From: Steroidobacteraceae bacterium
GTDB lineage: Bacteria > Pseudomonadota > Gammaproteobacteria > Steroidobacterales > Steroidobacteraceae
NCBI GenBank assembly: GCA_035501795.1
Contig: DATJVL010000017.1
Span: 3,750-67,749 of the forward strand
Length of the DNA stretch: 64,000 nucleotides
Reading direction: 5' to 3'
The position numbers were made by a program, and so were the translations under genes. Below the pieces are notes generated by a model. It saw only the letters and a list, made by a program, of their open reading frames with translations, ran no database searches and was not told where the DNA came from. Shown here piece by piece: positions 55,847 to 64,000 of the stretch. Positions within the stretch are counted from its first letter, which is position 1; the number at the start of each line of letters is the position of its first letter.

Positions 55847-56509
55847 TCAGGGCGCGGTGACCGTGTAGAGCACGCGGCCCGTGTAGGTGCCCGCGGCCGG
55901 AACGACGGTGTTCTTGTACGAGAAGGTCCAGCAGCTCTCGGCCCAGGTGTTCTGGCCGATGCTGCCGACATTGATGCTGGTGCCGGAGAAACTGCCGGCC
56001 GGGAAAGGCTGCGCGCCGGTATCGCCGTTGCCGGAGCTGGTCCAGCTGATCTGGGAGAACGGCAGCGTGTCGCCCGCGGTATCCACGAGCGAGGCCGGCA
56101 CGGTGGCGATCACCGAGACGCTGCCGGAGCCGTTGCCGGTGGTGCGGTAGAAGCCGCCGATGTAGAGCTGCTGGGGCAGGTTGCAGAAGGCGAAGCCGTC
56201 CCAGAAGCTGAGGGACTGGCTGCTGTCGGTGGTCATCGCCTGCGCGGTGCCGTTGCCGACGCTGGCGGCCGCGACACTGACACTCACCTTGTTGATCGTG
56301 GTGTTGTTGGCGGGGTTGCCGGTCGGCTGGCCGTTGTTCTTGATGGGCGTGTAGTTGCCGCCGGTGAAAGTGCCGTTACCGATCTGCAGGTAGATGGTCT
56401 TGGGTGAGGCGGCCGTGAGCGTCGCGGTGAAGGCGAACGCGCCGCCACCGACTGCAAAGCCACCGCACGCCAGTGCCACGGCGGCACCTGCGCTCCTTCG
56501 GGTGTTCAC
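55847..56509 (-). CDS. pilin-like secreted subunit B (paralogue of subunit A)
   Basis: The gene starts at GTG and has a signal peptide ending GAFA. The mature protein is Thr/Gly/Asn/Ser-rich with two Cys (FAFCNL, AESCWTF). The C-terminus is VVPAAGTYTGRVLYTVTAP. Confidence 0.7.
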   Translation of the reverse strand: MNTRRSAGAAVALACGGFAVGGGAFAFTATLTAASPKTIYLQIGNGTFTGGNYTPIKNNGQPTGNPANNTTINKVSVSVAAASVGNGTAQAMTTDSSQSLSFWDGFAFCNLPQQLYIGGFYRTTGNGSGSVSVIATVPASLVDTAGDTLPFSQISWTSSGNGDTGAQPFPAGSFSGTSINVGSIGQNTWAESCWTFSYKNTVVPAAGTYTGRVLYTVTAP

Positions 56510-56520
56510 GGGGGATTCAG

Positions 56521-56556
56521 GCCCCCGGGGCGACGCTGCGCGCCGCCCCGGGGGGC
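56521..56556 (-). terminator. strong GC hairpin between the two subunit genes (attenuator / mRNA-stabilising stem-loop candidate)
   Basis: GCCCCCGGGGCG (56521-56532) pairs with CGCCCCGGGGGGC (56544-56556), giving a 12-bp stem with one bulge. It lies in the 79-nt gap after the first subunit gene. No U-tract follows. Confidence 0.35.
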
Positions 56557-56588
56557 ATCCTGCACCGGTTACTCGAGGTGCGCGGCCG

Positions 56589-57227
56589 TTACGGCACCGA
56601 GGCGGTGTAGGTCACGCGCCCCGCGCCCACGTTAGTCGCGCCACCACCACCGTAGGTGCCCGAGGGCGGCACGGTGGTGTTGAGGTAGGTGTAGGCCCAC
56701 TTGGCGTCCTGCTGCACGATCTTGCCCACGGCGGTGAGCGTGCTGCTCGTCGTGGCGCCGTCGGCCAGCGCCGGAGCCGCCAGCACGGTCGCAGTCGTGT
56801 TGGCAGTGGCGGTGGTCTTGATCTGCGCGTAGCTGATCGTGTCACCCGCGCCGTTGTTCAGCGGCCCGGTGGTGGTCGAGGACAGCGTGACGTTGCCGTT
56901 GTTGGCGACCACGACCGCGGTCTCCGTGCCGGTACCCAGATCGCCGCCGGTGCCGTTGAGCGCCGTGCCGTTGCCGACCTGCGCCGAGGTCGGCGCCCAG
57001 GTGATCTGGTCGACCGTGGCCAGGGTGGCGAAGCCGCCCGCCGCCGTACCGGTGCCGGTGCCGACGCGCAGGAACAGGAACTTCGGGATGGTGATCTGGA
57101 AGTCCACGTGCGCGGTAGCCGTGAGCGCCCCGGCGCCGGTCTGAAAGTTCGATTCGGCCGTAGCGAGCATCGGCGCAGCGAGGGCCGCGGCGGCGAGCAC
57201 GCCTTTAACGAAGGATGAAGTCCGCAT
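56589..57227 (-). CDS. pilin-like secreted subunit A (first gene, candidate major subunit)
   Basis: The 212-aa product has the signal peptide MRTSSFVKGVLAAAALAAPMLATA and an AAGGTAGGA RBS. The mature protein is Thr/Gly/Ala-rich with no Cys. An alternating N-terminal strand reads ALTATAHVDFQITIPKFLFLRV. The C-terminus is TVPPSGTYGGGGATNVGAGRVTYTASVP. Confidence 0.72.
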   Translation of the reverse strand: MRTSSFVKGVLAAAALAAPMLATAESNFQTGAGALTATAHVDFQITIPKFLFLRVGTGTGTAAGGFATLATVDQITWAPTSAQVGNGTALNGTGGDLGTGTETAVVVANNGNVTLSSTTTGPLNNGAGDTISYAQIKTTATANTTATVLAAPALADGATTSSTLTAVGKIVQQDAKWAYTYLNTTVPPSGTYGGGGATNVGAGRVTYTASVP

Positions 57228-57450
57228 GATGAATGATTCCTACCTTGAGAGAGGGATCCGGTGCTGGCCGGCAGTGTAGGGAGTGCGTTTGGGCCTCATC
57301 CGTGCTTATGTCACGCTTCTGTGCGCCGCCGTGGGACTCCGTCCACGCCCGGCGCGGTGCTGCGATTTGCTTCACCGTTCGGCCAGGCCGGAAACTGTGA
57401 CGCGGCACACAACCGGGTGGTGCTGGTGACTGCGGTGTTGGGAGTCAGAA

Positions 57451-58266
57451 ATGAGTGATCCCGTCGTATTCAAGGAGCGTTACGGGCCGACGGCGCTGGT
57501 GCTCGGTGGCTCGGAGGGCATCGGCCGCGAGTTCGCCGAAGAACTCGCGACGCGCGGGCTCGACCTGTTGCTGGTGGCGCGCAGCCCGGACGCGCTGGCG
57601 CAGGCCGCCACACAGATCCAGGCGCGGCACGGCGTGCGCGTCGGCACGCGCGCGCATGACCTGGGGGCGGCCGGCGGGGAGCGACTCGCGCACGAGCTGC
57701 TCGCCTCGCACGACATCGGCCTGCTCATCTGCAATGCCGGCGCCACGCACGGCGTCGGGCGCTTCCTCGATGAGCCGCTGGAGAAGGCGTCGCGCCTCGT
57801 GAGCCTCAACTGCCAGGTGCCGCTCGCCTTCGCGCACGCCGCGCTCGCGCGCCGGCGCGGGCGTGGTGCCGGCGTGGTGGTGGTGTCATCGATGTCGGCG
57901 CTGGCCGGCAGCGGCCTGATCGCCGCCTATGCCGCCGCCAAGGCTTTTCAGATTGCGCTCTGCGAGGGGCTGCACTGGGAGTTGCGGGGCGCGGGGCTGG
58001 ATGTGCTGTGCGCGGTGGCCGGCCTGACCGACACGCCGGCGATGCGGCGCTCGGGCCTGTCCTTCGCCGCCGCGGCGGAACGGGGCTACGCGCCGATGAG
58101 CGCCGCGCAGGTGGCGCGCGGTGCGCTCGCGCAGCTGGGACGCACGCCGGTCTGGTACGCGGTGGGCGAGGAGACCGTGGCCAGCCTGCGCGCCATGCCA
58201 CGCGAGGAGCTCACCGCGGCGATGAGCGCGGCCACCGCCGCCATGTACGGCGTCAGCCTCGCGTAG
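57451..58266 (+). CDS. SDR family oxidoreductase
   Basis: The product has VLGGSEGIGREFA (TGxxxGxG-like) and the catalytic YAAAKAF (YxxxK). Confidence 0.9.
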   Translation: MSDPVVFKERYGPTALVLGGSEGIGREFAEELATRGLDLLLVARSPDALAQAATQIQARHGVRVGTRAHDLGAAGGERLAHELLASHDIGLLICNAGATHGVGRFLDEPLEKASRLVSLNCQVPLAFAHAALARRRGRGAGVVVVSSMSALAGSGLIAAYAAAKAFQIALCEGLHWELRGAGLDVLCAVAGLTDTPAMRRSGLSFAAAAERGYAPMSAAQVARGALAQLGRTPVWYAVGEETVASLRAMPREELTAAMSAATAAMYGVSLA

Positions 58267-58277
58267 TGACGGCGCGC

Positions 58278-58706
58278 TCAACGCGCGAACAGCTGCCGCA
58301 GGTCGGCGAAGGACTTGAACTCCAGCGCGTTGCCGGACGGATCGAGGATGAAGAGCGTCCACTGCTCGCCCGGCAGGCCCTGGAAGCGCACCGTCGGCTC
58401 GATCACCCATTCGACCGGATGCTGGCGCAGGCGAGCGGCCAGCGCGTGCCACGCGGCCGGCGCCAGCACCACGCCACAATGCGGCACCGGCACGCCATGG
58501 CCGTCGACCGGGTTGAAGTGCGCGCCGATGCGCCCCTCGCGGCCCAGGCACGGGTTGAGGTGACACACGAACTGGTGTCCGTACATGTCAAAGTCGATCC
58601 ACTCGGCGGCGCTGCGGCCTTCGGCGCAGCCGAGCATCCCGCCGTAGAAGCGGCGCGCCTCGGCGAGGTCGCGCACCTGCACGGCGACATGAAAGGGCAT
58701 CAGCAT
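58278..58706 (-). CDS. VOC family protein (glyoxalase/dioxygenase fold)
   Basis: The gene starts [27 protein letters not shown] at ATG 58706. It reads ...[13 protein letters not shown]. Track ORF 58787 is an extension. Confidence 0.85.
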   Translation of the reverse strand: MLMPFHVAVQVRDLAEARRFYGGMLGCAEGRSAAEWIDFDMYGHQFVCHLNPCLGREGRIGAHFNPVDGHGVPVPHCGVVLAPAAWHALAARLRQHPVEWVIEPTVRFQGLPGEQWTLFILDPSGNALEFKSFADLRQLFAR

Positions 58707-58807
58707 TGCGCTCTCCAGGGCCGCGCTGGTGCGCGGCCGGAGCGAGCATAGCAGCCGCCGCGCCCGCAGCCGCTGCCCGACCGGCACCCGCCCGATGCCG
58801 CCGGCGC

Positions 58808-59281
58808 CTAGGCGGCGCGTGCCGCCGCCGACTGCGGCAGGTGCGCGGGCACCAGCAGCACCGGCACCGGACTGCGTCGCACGATGTATTCGGCGTCACT
58901 TCCCATCACGAAGCGCCCCAAGCCGCGGCGACCGTGCGTGCCGCACACGATGAGGTCCGGCTTCCAGCTGGCCGCCTCCTGGATGATGCGTGGGCCCGCG
59001 GTACCGCCAAACTCCTCGATGAGGCAGCGATCCGCCGTGACCCCCGCACTCAGGGCCTCCGCGGCGGCGTCTGCGAGCACGGCCTCACCGGCGCTCCGCA
59101 GCGCGAGCAGCACGCTGTCGAGCACTGGCGCGCCCGCGGGCGGCTCGATCACCGGCAGCTCATCGACCACGTGCACCAGATGCAGCTGCCCGCCGTGGCG
59201 GCTCGCCAGACGGATTGCCTCGCGCAGCCCGAGCATCGCTGGTGCGCTGCCGTCGACCGGAACCAGGATTCTCTCGTACAT
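58808..59281 (-). CDS. universal stress protein (single UspA domain)
   Basis: The gene starts [12 protein letters not shown] at ATG 59281. It reads ...[36 protein letters not shown]. Confidence 0.88.
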   Translation of the reverse strand: MYERILVPVDGSAPAMLGLREAIRLASRHGGQLHLVHVVDELPVIEPPAGAPVLDSVLLALRSAGEAVLADAAAEALSAGVTADRCLIEEFGGTAGPRIIQEAASWKPDLIVCGTHGRRGLGRFVMGSDAEYIVRRSPVPVLLVPAHLPQSAAARAA

Positions 59282-59445
59282 CGCTTGCCTCCGGTACACC
59301 TGCCTCTAAAGCTGCAGTTTGGCGGCGGCGCGCATCCGGCAAAATCGTGGAAGTTACCTGCACCGCCGCCCCGGGCATGCGCATAAGTACGGAGGCCCCA
59401 TGCCGGAGCAGTCCCTAGGATGCACGATCAGGCCGTTGTACAGCC

Positions 59446-60023
59446 GTGGGCAAGAGCATTCTGGTCGTACTGGAGCGCGCCGGCGATCCCGCGCCGGCGC
59501 TGGCGCGGCGCATGGCTGCGCGCGCCGACCTGTGCCTGTGCGAGGCGGAGACCGCTTACGCCCTGCAGCACCAGTTCGACAGCGAAGCGACGGAGCGCAT
59601 CCGCCGATCGAGCGGTCACAAGGCGCAGGCATGGATCGAGCGAGAGTGGCAGGCGATGGCTGCCCCGGTGAGGAGCAGCCTGAGATCAGTCGCCGCGTGC
59701 TCGCCGCCGCCGACGGCATGGCGCGCTGCTGTGGCGCGCGTCTCGAGCTGCTGTATGCACGGGGTGCCGCCGATGCAGTGGCGCGGCAGTGCCGCGAGCA
59801 ACAGTTGGCGCGTCTCGGCGCCACCGCCGGGGTGACCGTAGCGGCGGCGCACGTGCTCAATGGGGAAGCCGCCGCTATTGCCGCCCGCGCCCGCGCGCAC
59901 GACTACGAGATCCTGGTTCTCGGTGCCCTGGCACACCGCCAGCCCCAGGTCGGCTCGCTCACGGGCCGGCTGCTCGAGGAACTCGACTGCGATCTGCTGC
60001 TGGTGCGCCCGCCCGCTCAGTAG
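59446..60023 (+). pseudogene. UspE-like universal stress protein, apparently frameshifted and internally shortened
   Basis: The N-terminal part is in the frame of GTG 59446 (KSILVVLERAGDPAPALARR...ERIRRSSGHKAQAWIEREW, like the UspE first domain). The C-terminal part is in the frame ending at TAG 60021-23 (ISRRVLAAADG...YEILVLGALAHRQPQVGSLTGRLLEELDCDLLLVRP). The frames switch around 59660-59680. Alternatively, a 130-aa single-domain USP starts at ATG 59631. Confidence 0.45.
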
Positions 60024-61003
60024 CCCGGCAGTGCGGGGGCGGCGATGACCTGTGGGCCCCGCGGTGCGCGCGCCACCGTGTTGCGGAACCCGCGGGGCTT
60101 GACGATGAGCACATCGCAACTGAGCCGATCGAGCATGCGTTCGGCCGTGTTGCCGATCAGCAGCCGCTTCAAGCCCGAACGCGCCACCGCCCCCATGACC
60201 ACAATGTCCGCCGCGACATCGTCGGCGACGTAGCGGATCACGTCCACAGGGAAACCGGCGAGCACGTGGCGACGCGTGCGCGGGATGCGCAGCTGACTAA
60301 GCCGGGGTTCCAGCTCGGCCTGTGCGTGTTGCGCCGCGGCGCGCAGTGTGTCCCTTAGCTCAGCGCGCGAGCCGTCAGCCGCGCGCGTGGCCGGCGGCGG
60401 CAGTGGGTTGAAGGCGTACACCGCATGCACGGCGCCGTGCAGCGGCTTCGCCAGCGTGTCGGCGAAGCGCAGAATCTCGTCGTTGAGGTCACGCGGCTTG
60501 GCGAAGGCATGGCCGGGATCCACTGCGGCGAGGACCTGGGGCCGCCGGTACGGCTTGTGATTCCTCACCAGCAGCACCGGGATGCTGCTGTTGCGCAGCA
60601 GTTCCCAGTCCGTGAAGTGCAGCAGCCACGGCGCCGTGTGCGCCGCGCGGGGGCTGTCGACGATGATCAGGCTCGCCTCGTAGCGCGCGGCCGCGCGAAT
60701 CACGGCCTCGTGCGTGGGATAGTCGAAAGTGACGGCCGTCGTCACCTCGATGCGACGTCGCCGCAGGCGGCGTGCCATGGCCTCCAGACGGCGGGTGTGG
60801 GCGCGGCGCGCATGTTCCTCGAGCCGCGCCAACGCCGGCCCTTCCAGCTGCGTGGCATCCAGGTAGATCGCCTCGGGAATGGCATGGAACAGGCAGACTC
60901 CCGCGCCGAGGCTGTGGGCGAGCTGCGCGGTGCGATCCAGCGCCGGCGTCGTACGTGCCGTGGTGTCCTTGATGGCGACCAGGATGCGGTTGATGGCGTA
61001 CAC
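60017..61003 (-). CDS. tandem-domain universal stress protein (UspE-like)
   Basis: The product has two USP domains: NRILVAIKD...IPVLLVR and PQVLAAVDPG...ADIVVMGAVARSGLKRLLIGNTAERMLDRLSCDVLIVKP. The start is probably GTG 61003 (track 61105). Confidence 0.85.
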   Translation of the reverse strand: MYAINRILVAIKDTTARTTPALDRTAQLAHSLGAGVCLFHAIPEAIYLDATQLEGPALARLEEHARRAHTRRLEAMARRLRRRRIEVTTAVTFDYPTHEAVIRAAARYEASLIIVDSPRAAHTAPWLLHFTDWELLRNSSIPVLLVRNHKPYRRPQVLAAVDPGHAFAKPRDLNDEILRFADTLAKPLHGAVHAVYAFNPLPPPATRAADGSRAELRDTLRAAAQHAQAELEPRLSQLRIPRTRRHVLAGFPVDVIRYVADDVAADIVVMGAVARSGLKRLLIGNTAERMLDRLSCDVLIVKPRGFRNTVARAPRGPQVIAAPALPGY

Positions 61004-61127
61004 GGCATCTCTCTCGCAGCCCGGACGATGCGCGCAGATTATGGCTGCAGTATGTCTGCTTTGCGGTACGCGGGACAGGCTACCCCGCCGCGTCCGCGCC
61101 CGCATCCGTAGAAGTGCATAGCGCCGC

Positions 61128-62078
61128 TCAGCGCAGCGTCCAGGGTTCTCCCAGCGGGCCGTGCGCGAAATGCTTGGCGAGGAAGGCCTCGCCGCTCTCG
61201 AGCACGAAGTAGCGGAACGCCTCGGCGGCCGGGGACAGCGTCTTGGCGAGGTTGTTCACCACGTGCCAGCGGCGCATGACGGGCAGCCCTTCGACCTCCG
61301 GGGCGGCGATCAGGTCGTGATCGAGCTCCAGGCCCACGGTGTGCAAGGACAGCAGTGCCACGCCCATCTTCGCCATGACCGCCTGCTTGATCGCCTCGTT
61401 GCTCGACATCTGCATGATGACGTGCGGGCGCATCTGGTGCGCCTCCATGTACTCATCGAGCGCAGCGCGCGTACCCGAGCCCGGCTCGCGCACGATGAAG
61501 CCCTCGTTCATGAGCGCGCGCGCAGGCACCTTCTCCGCGCGCGCGAACGGATGCTCGATGGAAGTGACCAGCACGTGCGGGTGCATGGCGAAGGGCTCCG
61601 CGCGCGAGGGCCAGTTCTTCGGCGGCCGGCCCATGATCGCCAGCTCCACCGAGCCCTCGCGCATGAGGTCGACCACCTCGTCACGGTTGTTGGCCACCTG
61701 CAGGCGGATTTCGATCCCTGGATGCTCGTCCCGGAAGTCGGCGAGCAGGCGCGGCAGGAAGTACTTCGCCGTGCTCACCATCGCCACGTCGAGCAGCCCG
61801 GTGCGCAAGCCGCGGAAGCGGGCCACCATGTCCTCGGCGTCCCGCATGGCCGCCAGCACCCGCTGGGTATAGGCGAGCACGTACTCCCCGACCATCGTCA
61901 GGGAGACCTTGCGGCTCGAGCGGTCAAAGACCGGAAGCCCAACCTCCGCCTCCAACTCCTTGATCTGCATGGATACGGCTGGCGCGGTTAGGCCCAGCTC
62001 CTCGGCAGCTCGGGCAAAGCTCGAGTGCCGGGCTACGGCGGAGAAGACACGCAGCTGCCGCAGGGTGGCATTCTTCAT
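61128..62078 (-). CDS. cbbR: LysR-family transcriptional regulator CbbR
   Basis: The N-terminal HTH is LRQLRVFSAVARHSSFARAAEELGLTAPAVSMQIKELE. The gene is divergent from cbbL with a 99-nt spacer, the canonical cbbR position. Confidence 0.9.
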   Translation of the reverse strand: MKNATLRQLRVFSAVARHSSFARAAEELGLTAPAVSMQIKELEAEVGLPVFDRSSRKVSLTMVGEYVLAYTQRVLAAMRDAEDMVARFRGLRTGLLDVAMVSTAKYFLPRLLADFRDEHPGIEIRLQVANNRDEVVDLMREGSVELAIMGRPPKNWPSRAEPFAMHPHVLVTSIEHPFARAEKVPARALMNEGFIVREPGSGTRAALDEYMEAHQMRPHVIMQMSSNEAIKQAVMAKMGVALLSLHTVGLELDHDLIAAPEVEGLPVMRRWHVVNNLAKTLSPAAEAFRYFVLESGEAFLAKHFAHGPLGEPWTLR

Positions 62079-62128
62079 TAAGGAATATTTAACTGATCAG
62101 TAATTTAAAGTGACTTCACTGAATGATA
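62078..62128. promoter_or_regulatory. cbbR-cbbL divergent control region with LysR-type boxes
   Basis: This AT-rich island sits in a GC-rich genome. It contains TTAAGGAATATTTAA (62078-62092; TTAA-N7-TTAA containing a T-N11-A) and the dyad AGTGA-CT-TCACT (62109-62120). Confidence 0.55.
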
Positions 62129-62129
62129 G

Positions 62130-63662
<1,533 letters not shown>

Positions 63663-63683
63663 CGCCTCAAGGACGCACTCACC

Positions 63684-64000
63684 ATGATGACCAATCCCAC
63701 CGGACGTATCACGCAGGGCCAGTTCAGCTTCCTGCCGGAGCTGAGCGATGCGGAGATCACCCTGCAGATCGAATACGGCCTGAAGAAGGGCTACGCCTGG
63801 AGCATCGAGTACACCGACGACCCGCATCCGCGCAACACCTACTGGGAGATGTTCGGCATGCCGATGTTCGACCTCAGGGATGCGGCCGGCGTGCTGATGG
63901 AGCTCAACAACTGCCGCAAGAGCTTTCCGCAGCATTACATGCGCCTCGTCGCCTTCGACTCGACGCGCAACATCGAGAGCATCGCCATGAGCTTCATCGT
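63684..64000 (+). CDS. cbbS: RuBisCO small subunit, red-type (partial; continues past right edge)
   Basis: This gene is not in the track because it has no stop in the window. My translation from ATG 63684 reads [64 protein letters not shown]...[10 protein letters not shown]. An AAGGA lies about 10 nt upstream. Confidence 0.95.
   Translation, partial: MMTNPTGRITQGQFSFLPELSDAEITLQIEYGLKKGYAWSIEYTDDPHPRNTYWEMFGMPMFDLRDAAGVLMELNNCRKSFPQHYMRLVAFDSTRNIESIAMSFI

Noticed and set aside
56461-56509. Lipoprotein signal (…VALAC|GG) in pilin-like subunit B
   Set aside because: The residues before the Cys (A-L-A-C) do not place Leu at -3 as in the canonical lipobox. A signal-peptidase-I site (GAFA|FTA) follows a few residues later, so an ordinary secretory signal seems more likely.

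Overview
This is a very GC-rich, densely coding proteobacterial chromosomal segment with about 60 CDS. I saw no rRNA, tRNA, CRISPR array, transposase or integrase.

Left third:
- A MoxR ATPase plus a DUF58 gene that runs off the left edge and is absent from the ORF track.
- valS, and pepA divergent from lptF-lptG (gamma/beta-proteobacterial synteny).
- GFA, M61 and other secreted proteins, and a LuxR-HTH/VOC fusion regulator.
- A GldA/GldF/GldG-like ABC operon with DUF4340.
- Rhomboid, GNAT and heptosyltransferase-family genes, a thiolase and a Ser/Thr dehydratase.

Middle:
- An ECF sigma / anti-sigma / S8 subtilase operon.
- An NAD-linked molybdenum formate dehydrogenase operon, fdsGBA-fdhD-fdsD. 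It is translationally coupled to an adenosine-kinase-like gene.
- metK, then an SAH riboswitch in front of ahcY-folD.

Right third:
- Accessory genes: a lipoprotein/OM-barrel pair, a Tyr phosphatase, an EamA transporter, a trans-sulfuration enzyme, methyltransferases, a CPBP protease, an M13 peptidase, an S1/P1 nuclease, a cfa-like synthase and OsmC.
- Three universal-stress-protein genes, one apparently frameshifted.
- cbbR divergent from cbbL-cbbS (red-type form IC RuBisCO; cbbS is cut by the right edge).

Best candidate for an undescribed system: a five-gene operon at 52510-57227 on the minus strand. It encodes two paralogous pilin-like secreted proteins, a small secreted protein, a PapD-like periplasmic chaperone and a 684-aa outer-membrane protein that does not look like a classical usher.

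Many long ORFs in the supplied track are antisense shadows of real genes, which is typical at this GC content. Many real genes start downstream of the track's most-upstream start codon.
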